Assembly: GCF_036365525.1 (NCBI RefSeq)
Contig: NC_090399.1
Span: 31,900,430-31,964,429 of the forward strand
Direction of reading: 5' to 3'
From: Heterodontus francisci
Taxonomy: Eukaryota
Length of the DNA stretch: 64,000 nt
Each line of letters starts with the position of its first letter. Positions within the stretch are counted from its first letter, which is position 1. The translations under genes and the position numbers were made by a program. The notes beneath the pieces are model-generated. The model saw nothing but the letters and a program-made list of their open reading frames with translations, had not been told where the DNA came from and made no database searches. Below are positions 51,723 through 64,000 of the stretch, piece after piece.

Positions 51723-53096
51723 CACGGCACAATGGGCTGAATGGCTTCCATCTGTGTTCTATCATTCTATAGGAGGAACTAATGGAATGATGGCGGTGCA
51801 GATGTCCCCGTGTTCAACTCAGTACCAGACAGGTGTTGTATTTGACCCATCAGGGAGAGGCCATGACAGCAAGTGTGGACATTGAGAGGAAAAGCTGAAA
51901 TCCTCTTTCATTTCCTCGCCCTGGGATAAATGTAGTGCCAGATGAAAGTCACCTCTTTCTACCAGCTGTGAGGGCCCCTGACAAACACTGTAACAGCCTA
52001 TTCCCAGTTTTTACTGAATTGGTTCCACGGCGCAGAGACTCACATTGATTGTCACAGAAGTAGAAATCTTACTGAACCGGTAAAAGGCTGACCTCCACAG
52101 TAGAAGATTGTGGATCAAGTCCCATTCCAGGAACTGGAGCAGGGAACGTGGGCCAGTACGATAGCGAGGGAGCACGGTATTGATGGCGGCACCTTCGCTT
52201 GGATGAAGCACTGTGGACCTAGTTAAGGATGATGTAGAATATACCGTGGCACTATTGGAAGGAGGGCAGGGAACTTTCTTATGTCTCACTCAGACAATCC
52301 AACCAACCCCACAAAAATGAACTCCCCAATTATTTTAATTTGCTGTTTGAGAAACCATGTTTGGTGCAAATTTGTTGCTATAGTTCCCTGTAAGTTAACA
52401 GTGACTATTGGGTAGATCTTGGTGTTTACTGCCTGGCTGTTAATTCTGGGAGAAGTAGAAAGGAACGTTTAGATGGGATTTTTTCATGGCAGAAACATAA
52501 AGCGCTGGATTTTCCTCTCATCAAAATCAATGGAAGGAAATTCCGGCGAATTCAGTTTGAGGTATTGGAACTTCCCATCAGATTTTTATCCACACTTTGC
52601 CCTGACGGTGCTTAACGCCTGGACAGTGAAGCTAAACGTCTACCTGTATCTGCCCTAAAGTGTTCAGGTGCGAAAAGCTGTGCGACGTCCTGCAAAGTCA
52701 TACTTTACAATGAGTAATATTTCTTAGGGCAGATTTTGCCCCGATCTCCTGCCGTGACTTCGCTGGAAATTCAGTGGAACTCCTGTTTAGCAATTACATC
52801 TTTCTCCGACTATACCACAGGGATCAGGAGATCACCGTCAGAGTTGATCCCACATGAAACTTAACGTAGAGTAAATATTTTTCATTAAAGGTATCACGAA
52901 AAATCAACAAAACCGTTGAGTCGACTGAGAAGAACTGATATTACGAAAATATGAAATACTATATCGGATTCTGATAACCTTTATGGAGTTATATGATGAA
53001 ACTGGTTGGATTAAACAGTAACGAGTGTTAACATTCAACATGTTTACATCAATTTTAACAGATGCATGAACCTGTTTATTTAAGTGGGGTAATGTA

Positions 53097-53440
53097 GGGT
53101 GGCACAGTAGTGCAGTGGTTAGCACCGCAGCCTCACAGCTCCAGCGACCTGGGTTCCGTTCTGGGTACTGCCTGTGTGGAGTTTGCAAGTTCTCCCTGTG
53201 ACTGTGTGGGTTTCCACTGGGTGCTCTGGTTTCCTCCCACAGCCAAAGACTTGCAGGTTGATAGGTAATTGGTCATTGTAAATTGCCCCTCGTGTAGGTA
53301 TGTGGTAGGAGAATGGTGGGGATGTGGTAGGGAATATGGGATTCATGTCGAATTAGTATAAATGGGTGGTTGTTGGTTGGCACAGACTCAGTGGGCCGAA
53401 GGGCCTGTTTCAGTGCTGTATCTCTAAATAAAAATAAATA
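53097..53440 (+). mobile_element. Full-length V-SINE (HE1-like); further copies at ~55040-55255 (-) and ~55720-56010 (+)
   Basis: Same head, V-domain and tail as 37815-38120. Confidence 0.88.
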
Positions 53441-53775
53441 ATACTCTGTAAAAATGGGGGGCAAATACATTTTATACAAACGTGATATTCTCATCTAATA
53501 CCAAAGAGCCTTATGTTAAAGAATTAGAGATTCCAAACCCTCATAATTTGTACATAAGTGGATCAATGTTACTCATTAAGGTGGAGATCCAAGCATTCCT
53601 CTGGAATTTCCATGGAGAGTTGTCCCGATCTTCCCCCGTTGAAGACCAGCAGGAGCCCCAGAGATGCCAGAGTTTCCGTCGAAATTACGGCGGGAGATGG
53701 GGACAACTCTGCAGAAATTACATCCTTTGTCAGCCTCTGCGGTCTCAACACTGGGATGAATTGTATCAGCTCCGC

Positions 53776-53901
53776 TTACTTCACCGTGGCATACAGAACT
53801 GCTTCTTGGTTCAGGGGGTGCTCTGTTTGATTGTTCTCCCGCAGATTCAGCGTGGCGTATTGCACATTGTCTTCCTCTCTATTGAGATTATCTTCCTCTC
53901 T
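53776..53901 (-). CDS. Gene B terminal exon with two ITIMs (REEDNLNREEDNVQYATLNLRENNQTEHPLNQEAVLYATVK*)
   Basis: VQYATL and VLYATV fit (I/V/L/S)xYxx(L/V). The phase-0 TAG acceptor matches the preceding 38-nt exon. Confidence 0.85.
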   Translation of the reverse strand, partial: REEDNLNREEDNVQYATLNLRENNQTEHPLNQEAVLYATVK

Positions 53902-56900
53902 CTATTGAGATTAAAGTATTTCAGTGTTGAACAAAATATTATAAATTGAATATAACTTAGGCATCAAACACAGTGCAATGATTAACACCCAGCAACGACA
54001 TGTTGTACAGTTTCAATGAATTATAATTTAACCGTTCAAACATTCTCAATAAATAGTATATAAGTCCACCCATCAAATATTGCACAGTTAAATAGAACAG
54101 AAAACACTGTTCTAAATATTGTTGTTCCTTTGAATAGATTTCAGTGTGTCAAAGATTGCACAATTCAATCAAATATATAACAAACAGAGGAAACAGACAA
54201 CTGTTATTAAATTATTACAACTACAATGTTAAAACCCATGCATTTGAAAGCAATTCGCAATACGATCATGGCTGATCTTCGACCTCAATTCCACTTTCCC
54301 ACCCGTTCCCTATATCTCCTGATTCCTTTAGAGCCGAAAAATCTGTCCATTTCAGTCTTGGATATACGCAGCAACTGAACAATCTGGGCTGGAGAATTCC
54401 CAAGATTCACAATCCTCTGAGTGAAGAAATTTCTCCTCACCTCAGTCCTTATCTTGAGATTATGTCCCCGAGTTCGAGGCTCTCCAGCCAGGTAAAACTG
54501 CCTCAGCGTCTACCCTGTCAATCTCGCTCAGAATCTTATACCTTTCAATGATATTTACAGCATCTGTGAAAAACATATTAACCCTGGTAATAACTGTTCA
54601 GGAGAACTTTCTGTTCAGAGGAAATGTTACATCCCACCAGTTATCCTGCCTTTACTATTTTCGGGCGCTGACTGACCGCCTTTGTATATCCAGCATTTCA
54701 TGTTTTGACTCCAGAATTCCAGCATTTTTGTTCTTTCTTATTATCTCCACTCATCAAATTCTATGTGTTTTGTGTATATGTGCATATGTTTATATAGAGG
54801 GCTGGTTGCCTTATTTTATGTGTCTGGGTTATGCTTCATATGTGTGACTCTTGTTTGCGGATGTCTCTTATATGTGTGTGTGTGTGTTTCAGTGTGTATG
54901 GCTGTTTGAATTCTGGGACTGCAATCATGCATTTCCTGGATGCTTCTTGTTGAATTCTAACTAATATTTTAGTCCATGTTTCGATTAATTTTTAAAATTG
55001 CCGCGCCTGCGCGTAAAGCTGGCCTTTGGTACGGGCTGCAGTTTAGTTTAGTTTAGTTTAGAGATACAGCACTGAAACAGGCCCTTCGGCCCACCGAGTC
55101 TGTGCCGACCATCAACCACCCATATATACTAATCCTACACTAATCCCATATTCCTACCACATCCCCACCTGTCCCTATATTTCCCTACCACCTACCTATA
55201 CTAGGGGCAAATCATAATGGCCAATTGACCTACCAACCTGCAAATCTTTTGGCTTGTTCTCGCTTTCCCTCCGTGTGGCAAATTAAACATCTACCATACA
55301 TCCTCAACAAAAACAATTGAGGCCCTCCAACTTGTTTCTGTTTGTTTATATTACTACAGACAACTAAGAAAGCTTCTTAGATTATAATGTAGATGGAAAA
55401 ATAAACCACAGGTCACTTGGCTTAGCAATAACATAAATAGCGTTACATACCCCATTTGTTCCTCTGCGCTCAGAGCTATTATTTGTCTCTGTAAAACAGG
55501 GGGCGGGGAAGGCGGAATGACATCGTATAAATTAATGTGATCTATACAAGAAAATACAACACACTGGGTCATAAATACACTGATGTATAATGCTATAGCA
55601 TACAACATTACATTTTTGAAAACTGTAGAGCACAATGCAATGAAATATATGGTAGGATATACAGTATCTTAGAACAATATGATGCAATTAGCATAGCGCA
55701 AGATATGCTTTACAATTTACAGCCTCACAGCTCCAGCGACCCGGGTTCAGTTCTGGGTACTGCCTGTGTGGAGTTTGCAAGTTCTCCCTGTGACCGTGTG
55801 GGTTTCCGCCGGGTGCTCCAGTTTCCTACCACAGCCAAAGACCTGCAGGTTGATAGGTAAATTGGCCATTGTAAATTGTCCCTAGTGTAGGTAGGTGGGG
55901 ATATGGTAGGGAATATGGGATAAATGTAGGATTAGTATAAATGGGTGGTTATTTGTCGGCACAGACTCAATGGGCCGAAGGGCCTGTTTCAGTGCTGTAT
56001 CTCTCTCTGATCTAAGCTGGACAATATAAAGCAGTCAAGTTCCCCTCTGCGATTTGTAGGTACTGTATTCACATCTAATTTCTCCGCCCATTATTTTAAG
56101 TGCTTAAACTAGTGGACGAAGAAATTTGATATGAGCACGCCAAGCACTTATGGTACGAGATTAGAGCGAATATACTACAATCGTGACATTGAAACGTACA
56201 TAACAATATCATGTAATAATTTCTCACAAAATCAGCGTATGATAAGAAAATCGTATAAAGTATTTTATTAACCATAAATCTTAACACTCTAAGTTGACTT
56301 TGTGACCAGAACATCTAATATGTCTCACTTAATGACTGTTCTGGAAACAGGAGTTATTGAATCAGAGAATCATTCAGCTGAGGAGAAGGCCATTCGGCCC
56401 AAGCTGCCTGTGCTGACTCTCTGAAAGAGTTACTAATTAGCCCCATTCCTGATCCTTCCACATATCCAGCAAGGTGTCCCTTTATAAGCATATATCCGAC
56501 TTCCTTTTCAAAGTTGCGACTAAATCCGCTTCCATCACCCTTTCAGGCAATACATCCCCGATCATAACAATTCGTTGAGTTATAAAGAAAAACCACATCT
56601 CGCTCCGGCTTTTTCCCAGTCATTTTAAATTTGTATCCTTTAGTTACCAACAGAATCACAGATTATAACTAATAGATCATAAAATTAACCAGACTAGCAA
56701 CTAGAAATCAAATTCAGTCGACTGTTTGCGTTTATCAAAAGCACTAGGCTGTACACATTTCTCTCTGTTACTCACCCTTTTCCGGGATCTCTGCGTTTAT
56801 TGGATCTGGCCTGGAGCAAAAGGAGGCATCAGGAAATTTAGACGCTCGAGAAAACACCAATGAAAAAGAAAATGACGATATAAAAGAAGTAGTTCTATGT

Positions 56901-59900
56901 TTACAGCTACCTTGCGGGTTGCTGACGAGTGGCTGTGAGGAAAGGAAGGTGAAGACAAAAAAATTAAAGAGCTGAAGCTATTATTTCATTTGCTTCTTAT
57001 TGATATAATTGGTAGCGAATGGACTGGCCAATTTAAATTTAACCCAACTCGTCGAGAAGCTGACAGGGTGGGGTTGCAATTTTACGCGTACTTGAAATCA
57101 ACGGGAGAACAATATTGGGCGGGTTTAAACCCGGCGTTTCAGCCGGTTCTGTGGGTTTCCCGCCCGACGGGTGAGGTTAAAATTAGCAAAGAATTTACCA
57201 TTCGCATGAAAATGTACAGAGCTACAATTGGCATCGTTACCTTTCTTAAGGCAGCTTCTGATAACAAATATGAGTACAACGCTGATCAGGAGAGACGCCA
57301 CTGGTGCCGCCACATAGCCAAATGATGGGATCTTTATTATGTACTTGTCATTGCTACTGTCTTCAGAATCTGCATGAAAATGTATAGACAAGGCGGTCAT
57401 GAGCAGGGTAGTGTTCACATTGAGATTGACTGTCAGTAGATATGACGCAGATTCCAATCCCTTTGAAATGTGGCGCTATACTAACATTTCTCACTGCACA
57501 CATCAAACTGAGTCACGGATTAGAGCGCAAAGTGGCACGAGCGGTCAAACGGAGAGATTCCCACCCTTGAATTTACACTGTGGGAATTTCAATGGAAGGA
57601 CGCTTAACTTGTTGGTGCCAATTTCCTTTCATTTAGTTGGCGGGATGTGGGGTGGTGGAAACGGGTGCGGTCTGCTCAGAATGTCGTTCCTGCCGCCGGG
57701 TTTTTCTGAATCCACTACATCCTGGGGATCCGGGAACGAAAAGACACAACTTCCCTCAGATTTACGGGAGGGTTAAGAGAAAAAGAGCGTGCAGATATTG
57801 GACTTGCCTAAACTGGGTGGTTAATGTGGTTCTGTAGGGGGCCGAGCATTTTAACGGAGGCCAATGTATTAGTTTATGTTTACATATACAGCTCCACCTC
57901 CATTTACCAAATGATAGCGAGATCTAATTTATCATTGTTTATTCTCAATAGCCTGCTTGATATCGGTATGCTGAAATAGCAAGATGCTCCTTAGGCGGCA
58001 CCCAGTCTTCATTGGGTTGACTAGTTGACTGCAGTTCTGCCGAAAATTATAGGCAACTAAATTTAATTATTTTTTAAAATAACAAAATTGTCGGGATATC
58101 ATCCCATGGTGTCTTTGAGAAGGTGGTGGTGAGCTGCCTTCTTGAACCGCTGCAGTCCATGTGCTGTAGGTACACTCACAGGAAGGGAGTTCCAGGATTT
58201 TGACCCAGTGACAATGACGGAACGGCGATATGTTTTTTTTAAAGTCAGGATGGTGTGTAACTTGGAATGGAACATGGACTTTCGGTGTTCCATGTAGCTA
58301 TTCTCGTTGTCCTCATCGGTGCTGGAGGTCGCGGGGTTGGGAGTTCCAATCGATCTAATGGATAACCTACCCTTTCGGCCAATGCTACTCACTGGAAAAA
58401 TCTCCTATTTGATTCGTAACAATAATCTCACCAGCCCAAACTTACCAGGTTTATCACGTATCACTCTCAATGTGGTCCCGGCTCCAGACGCTACTCCGAT
58501 TCCGATCATCACGTTGCAAAAATAGAAACCGGTATCCTCCGGTTTCAGCTCGATTATTCTAATCGAGGCGTCTCTCCTCCTGCTGAAATCCTCTTTACTT
58601 GGCCCGAACACCCTACCTCGGAATTCGGCCGTACGGTTGGAAACTTCATTTCCCTGTTTCGTGCCTCGGTGCCATTTGTAGTCGCCGATTCCAGTGGGAC
58701 CTTCATATGTGCAGTTGAGGTTGACGGTCTCTCCCACCGCCTTGCTGAGAGATTCCGGCCTCTGAATTACTGTGATTTTACCTACAGTAACTGCTGCAAA
58801 TGGATAAACAGAATTACCATGGCGCTGTGATAAGGGAAAATTAATGTCTAATTACGTGATGCGGCATTTAATTAAAGTCATTATGAAATTAATGGAATTG
58901 AAAATGAGTCTATTTCAATAACAGGCGGGCACTGCGCAACGCCAATTTTGCGCCCAGCCGTCAAGTTGAAAATCTACCGTATGTGTGCGTGTGAACCTGG
59001 TGTGCCAGAAATGATCAAAAGACTGCTTACCGGAGAAAATGGCGATTGCCCAGGTAACTGCAGCCCAATCCATTCTCTCTGTAGGCGATAGAACAACTTC
59101 AGAAAATACTTCCATTGGTATACAGACAGGAAAATTTGAGCAATGCAGTGGAACCTGAGTTCGATTCCGGATATGAGCGACGGAAAAAAATGAAGTGCAG
59201 GCTGTTTACAGAATCGCAGTTTTTTTTTCTGGCAAATTGTCTTAACGACCCCGCCCCGCCTCTTGCACACACACACACGCACACACTCACATTCTGTCTC
59301 AATGGCACTTCACAGCTGAAGCACACACTTGGGCTGGGTTGTTAGCTTCACCAAGTAACTTGGGTAGATAATTAGCTGAGGATAGGGAAGAGAGTAAAAG
59401 TGAATGATTCCCCCCCCCCCCCCTCCCCCTGACTATGGTGAGAACTATGCAATAGAGATTCCTAGGGGTGGGTATTAGGACCATTGCTCCTTTTTGTTAT
59501 GTCAAAACCATCTGGACTTGTGTATAAGGAGTGAAGTTTCGAAATTTGTAGATGATATAAAACGTGGCAACGTGGTAAATAGTAATTGTAGCTGAGTTCA
59601 GGGCAACATCAACAGATTGGTACAATGGGCATTTACGCGGCAGATGCGATTTAATGCCGATAAGTGTGCACTTTGGAAGGGAGAACTTGAAGAGGCAGTA
59701 TAATCTAAACGATAGTATTTTGAAGGGGCGCAAGCGACCCTGGGGGTGAACATTCACAAACTTTTAAGGCAGTAGGGCAAGTTGATAAGGCAGTTAAGAA
59801 AGCGTATTGGATATTTGGCTTTGTAAATGGGGGAATCGAATTCAAAATCAAGAACGTCATGCTAAAGTTTTGCAAATCAGTGATGAGGCGTCGGCTGGAG

Positions 59901-62221
59901 TATTGTGTATAATTGTGGGCACCACACTTTAGGGGGATGTCAAGGCCTTGGAGAGAGTACAGAGGAGGTTTATCAGGATGGTACCAGCAGTGAGGGTCTT
60001 CAGTTATGAGGAGAGTTTGGAGAAGCTGCGATTGTTCTCCATAACTGGAGAAAGTTAAGGCGAGAAATGATAAAGGTGTTCGAAATAAGAGATTGTCATC
60101 GACCAAGTAGGGAGCAACTGTTTCCTGTGGCTGGTGGGTCGGGAACCAGAGGTCATGGATTTAAAATAATTGGGAAAAGAATTAGAGGCGAAATGGGGAG
60201 AAATGTCTTCACCCAGAGGGTTGTTAAGGACTGGAAAACTACCTGAAAGGGCGGTCGAATCAGGTTCTTTGACCAAATTAGACATTTAATTGAAGAGAAC
60301 TAATCTGCAGGGTTTGTGGGGAAAAGCAGGGGTGTGAGGCTCAATTGGACAGTTGACATTGCAACAGGCATGACGGGCCAAATGGCCTCCTCCTGCGTGG
60401 TCGGATTCTACGATACTACCGCCTGGGCCTCAAACATACTCTGGACAGTGCACAGAGAGGAAATGTGGCTGGGAAGATCCCACGTCTCTTACAGCACCCG
60501 ACGGATTTTCCTTTCTGCGCTCCGCCCAGGCAGTGATTAACTAGATCTGAAAGACGGAATTTTAACACACTCTTCCTCATCCGCACAGATGAGCTCTTTC
60601 ACGGACAGGCTGCATTCTCTCACACAGAGGGGCACAATCCTAGTGATATGCATACATAGCGATTCTGGACGTGGCTGTGAAAATGCTCTCTATTGATCCG
60701 TCCCAGCTAAATGGGAAACTGGTTCTAAAAGAGAGGAATTATAATTGTTGGAATTATACTTTTGTTCAGGAACCCATTTCCCGTGTAAATGCTATTGGAC
60801 CTGTTTCTATGTTTCCTTTGACACCTTTTAAAACAGGTAAGGATTATTTAACATTTAATGCAATTTCATTTGCACCAGAACAACAAAACAACTAGTATTC
60901 TCATCGTTTGACTAAGTCGTGAGTCATGTCCAGTGTGGTCGAGCTATATGTAACACCGCTATTAAACCAAGCAAGTCGGAGTTTGATAAAAATTAATTCA
61001 ATTACACCGAGAACAAAAAAAACATAAACGGGTTGTCAATTTCAGGAATGATTGAATTCCTGAACTTGAAATGAACAGGAACACAAGTAGAGGTTTGAAA
61101 AGGTAAAAAAAAAAAAGCCAATGCAGAAAATCTGAAACAGCAAAATGAAAGAGTTGGAAATAGGCAATTGTTCAGTCAGCATTTGGAGTGAAATGGACGG
61201 GGTAACATTCCGGTGCTGGCGCACTATTACCGTCCCACTTCAGACTTTAACCCTGGCTCGCTCTTTCAAATGTTTGGAAAATGCGCTCTTGGTGCAGAAT
61301 AACCAGGGAGGAAACGATGAGAGGGCCTGAACAACTTGCAATTGCCGCTTCTAGCAATGCGCCTGCAAGCAGAATTAGTGTTTGTACCGAAGAAGGGTCA
61401 CTGACCCGAAACGTTAACTCTGCTTCTCTTTCCACAGAAGCTGCCAGATCTGCTGAATGGTTCCAGCATTTCTTGTGTTTGTATTAGTGTTTGTACCCCC
61501 CAGCGCCCGCAGTTTCCCCTTCAGCGCCTCGTGTCAAAGCCTTGTTGCACCGCACCTGTTGTCCTCACCCCTATCTATCCTCTCTATCTCTACAATACTG
61601 GAATCTCCCCTGATTAGAAAACTGCAGCATTCCCCATAACAAGAACTTTAAAAAGCTCGAAAGCCTGAATCACAATTCAAGTCTCCAGTTAGTCTTCTAG
61701 TTATAGGTATTAAGAAAGACTGCACAGGCTAGGGGATCTTGTTTCTCTAGGAGACGGCTGAGGGGAGACCTAATAGAGGTACTTAAAATTATGAAGGGGT
61801 AGATGCAGAGAAGATGTTTATATTTGTGGAAGAGTTCAAAATTAGGTGTCATAAATATAAGGTAGTAACTAGTAAATCCAGTAAGGAATTCAGGACAAAC
61901 CTCTTTAACCAGGGAGTGATGAGAATACGGAACGTGCTGACACGTAGAATCGTTGAAGTGAATCGCAAAGGTGCATGTAAAGGGAAGCTAGATAAGTACA
62001 TGAAGGAAAACGAATTGATAAGATTAGCTGAGGTAGGGTGGGAGGTGGCCTGTTTGGAAAACAAACAGTGACAGACCAGTTGGGCCGAATGGCCTGTTTC
62101 TGTGCTGTAAATAGAATGTAATGTTCGGCGCAAACATCGCACCATTAGCCTACTCACCTTGTGCTAACAATCGACAGCAGCTTCCAAATAATAATTCGCC
62201 TTTGGGACCCTTAGCTCGCAT
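53776..62221 (-). CDS. Gene B: inhibitory NKp30/NCR3-like VJ-type IgSF receptor with two ITIMs, ~253 aa, 7 predicted exons (62221-62158, 58793-58446, 57369-57241, 56932-56911, 56810-56776, 55488-55451, 53901-53776)
   Basis: All introns are GT-AG, phases run 1,1,1,2,1,0, and the total is 762 nt with no internal stop. The leader exon is the least certain part. Confidence 0.8.
57241..57369 (-). CDS. Gene B stalk/TM exon (DSEDSSNDKYIIKIPSFGYVAAPVASLLISVVLIFVIRSCLKK)
   Basis: Uncharged hydrophobic helix, CAG acceptor, AAAG|gtaac donor, 129 nt. Confidence 0.88.
58446..58793 (-). CDS. Gene B Ig V-set (VJ-type) exon, NKp30/NCR3-like
   Basis: LNCTY, YKWHR, GNEVSNRTAEFRGRV (cf. human NKp30 GKEVRNGTPEFRGRL), DTGFYFC and GAGTTLRV. 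348 nt, phase 1-1. Confidence 0.93.
59425..60420 (+). mobile_element. Degenerate CR1 LINE 3' fragment in gene B intron 1
   Basis: KFVDD and LEYCV.LWAPHFR remnants. Confidence 0.8.
61710..62115 (+). mobile_element. Degenerate CR1 3' end
   Basis: RLRGDLIEVLKIMKG remnant and gggccgaatggcctgtttctgtgctgta tail. Confidence 0.75.
62158..62221 (-). CDS. Gene B candidate leader exon MRAKGPKGELLFGSCCRLLAQ
   Basis: 64 nt, phase 1, AAG|GTGAGT donor. It is only weakly hydrophobic but shares CRL with the locus P leader. Confidence 0.5.
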
Positions 62222-63009
62222 TATCCCGTCTGTGCTGCACCATTGTCCTCAAGACTGTACATCTTGATGGATAAAATTCAGGGCGCAGGGAGAGAAACTC
62301 CTGGCAACAATGTACTGTTGATCAGAAACTAGGAGAAAATGAAATTATGGAATGTGATCTTTAAGTAAACGTGTCCTTGTGCCTGTTGGCAGAGAGAGCA
62401 GGTAATTGCTTTAGTACCTTGATGAAGGATCAAGTCTCATAGTGGAGAAGATCTGCCAATATTCAAAGCAATCGTATCGGAATATTGTGACCTGCAATAG
62501 CTTTGATTTATAAGGGGACAAGACAAGGAAGACTTTAAGGGCGTGGGGAGGGACGGTAAGGAGAATCAGCTCAGAGTAGGTCGCTGCAGTGGAAGAGCTG
62601 TGGCGGGGGAGAGTGCGACGGGGCGAATGATCTCTAAATACAGTTTCTATGAGTCAGAGACCAAATTACCCCGGGAGCTGCTACATGCAAAGCCCTACCT
62701 CACCTCAACCCCAGTGGAGGTAGTGGAACAGAAAGGAGTAGGGAAACATTCCTCTCATCTCTGTTTGGAGGGCACGCTTGGAAATCAGCTTTCAGGGAAG
62801 TAGTGAAGAGTGAGACACATCCAAACGCAAGGTGCCGGTGGTTTGTGTTACTTTCATGTGTGATTGTTGAGTGTAGACAGACAATCAGGGGCATAAAGTC
62901 CAGTTAACAGTTTCCTCATAAACACAGCTGGAGATTCCCCTCGAAAGGATGGAAAATTAGTGAAACTAAACTGGGCAGCGGAATTGTCAGCTCAGCATGT
63001 TCTAATGTG

Positions 63010-63580
63010 TTTACCTCCTCTATGACTCAGTGGGTAGCAATCCCCTCTCTGGGTCCGGCGTTTGTGAGATCACGTCCTACTCCAGAGACTTGAGTATGAA
63101 GTCTGGGCTGACACTTCCAGTGCAGTGTTGAGCGAGTGCGGTATTGTTGGAGGTGCTGTCTTTTAGACGAGCAGTTCAACTGAGAAAAAAGCAAAATACT
63201 GCAGATGCTGGAAATCTGAAATAGAAGCAAGAAATGCCGGAAATACTCAGCAGGTCTGGCAGCATCTGTAGAGAGAGAAGCAGAGTTAACGTTAATCTGA
63301 GTCCTGGTCTCTCCTCTCAAGATCCCACAGCATAATTTCAAAGGAGAACAGGTGAGCTCTCCCAATGTTCTGGACCACTATTTATCCGCCAACCAACATC
63401 ATTGAGAAAACGTACCTGGCCCTTATCGCATTGCAGTGGGATCTTGCTGTGCACAAATTGGCTGCTGCGTTTCTTACGTTACAACAGTAACTACACTTGA
63501 AAAGTTGTCCATTGACTGTGAGACACTTTGGGACGTCCTGAGGTAGTAAAAGGCGTTGACTAAATGCAAGCCTCTTTATT
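63010..63580 (+). mobile_element. DeuSINE-like SINE with a Penelope pseudo-LTR fragment inserted (~63185-63295)
   Basis: Core gggatcttgctgtgcacaaattggctgctgcgtttc...acaacagt and tail gggacgtcctgagg...aaatgcaag. Confidence 0.7.
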
Positions 63581-64000
63581 TATGCAGTTATTTCCCCCTA
63601 TTCTATAGTCCAAAGCCGTTGGCTTATTTGAACAGAGTTGAATCTTGGACCAATCCAACAAAAGGCTCAGTAAACGACAATTTTCAAACAACCTGAAAGT
63701 AAAATTGTATTGTTTCTTTACAGTGACTGATTCACTTCTTTCTAAACACAGTTGAAGGGAGATTTCTTCCAGGTCAGCAGCGGTTTTGTTATTGGTTTAG
63801 AATCCATGTTCCTCTATTCTACCCCGGTGGACAGCTGGTTGGAAATAAATTATGAGTAGTTGCAGCCTCTAGATTGACATCTGATCCATGCAGTGACAAC
63901 AGTCCCCCTGCCATCAACGTGACAATCATGTGAATGTAACTACTAGTGATACCAATCACCTCGGATGGAGGGGAAACACAGAGGGGGTCTGGGGAGCGGG

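Noticed and set aside
25807-58793. Rearranging Ig/TCR locus
   Set aside because: Each V exon already contains the J-like strand and splices to a TM exon. No C domains, J segments or RSS were seen.

Overview
Eukaryotic, repeat-rich vertebrate genomic DNA. The V-SINE/HE1-like, DeuSINE-like, CR1, RTE and Penelope repeats point to a cartilaginous fish (shark); this is an inference. Most ORFs in the supplied track are LINE/LTR fragments or noise, and the real genes are spliced and were reconstructed by hand from splice sites and exon phases. (1) The left end holds the first two coding exons of a complement C4 gene (minus strand), which continues off the window. (2) Directly upstream lies a cluster of NKp30/NCR3-like single-Ig-domain receptors whose V exons have germline-joined V+J features. 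Gene A (minus, 27308->20657) has a tail built from alternating-phase micro-exons, and its TM-exon acceptor reads GG instead of AG. Locus P (plus, 30219->~40469) is a pseudogene with a Lys-containing, activating-type TM. Gene B (minus, 62221->53776) is an intact inhibitory receptor with two ITIMs. Together this looks like an MHC class III-type region with a paired activating/inhibitory VJ-type receptor cluster immediately next to C4. Two inverted, deleted Gmr1-like Gypsy elements, a nested hAT relic, Penelope fragments with hammerhead-like motifs and many LINEs/SINEs fill the introns and intergenic space.
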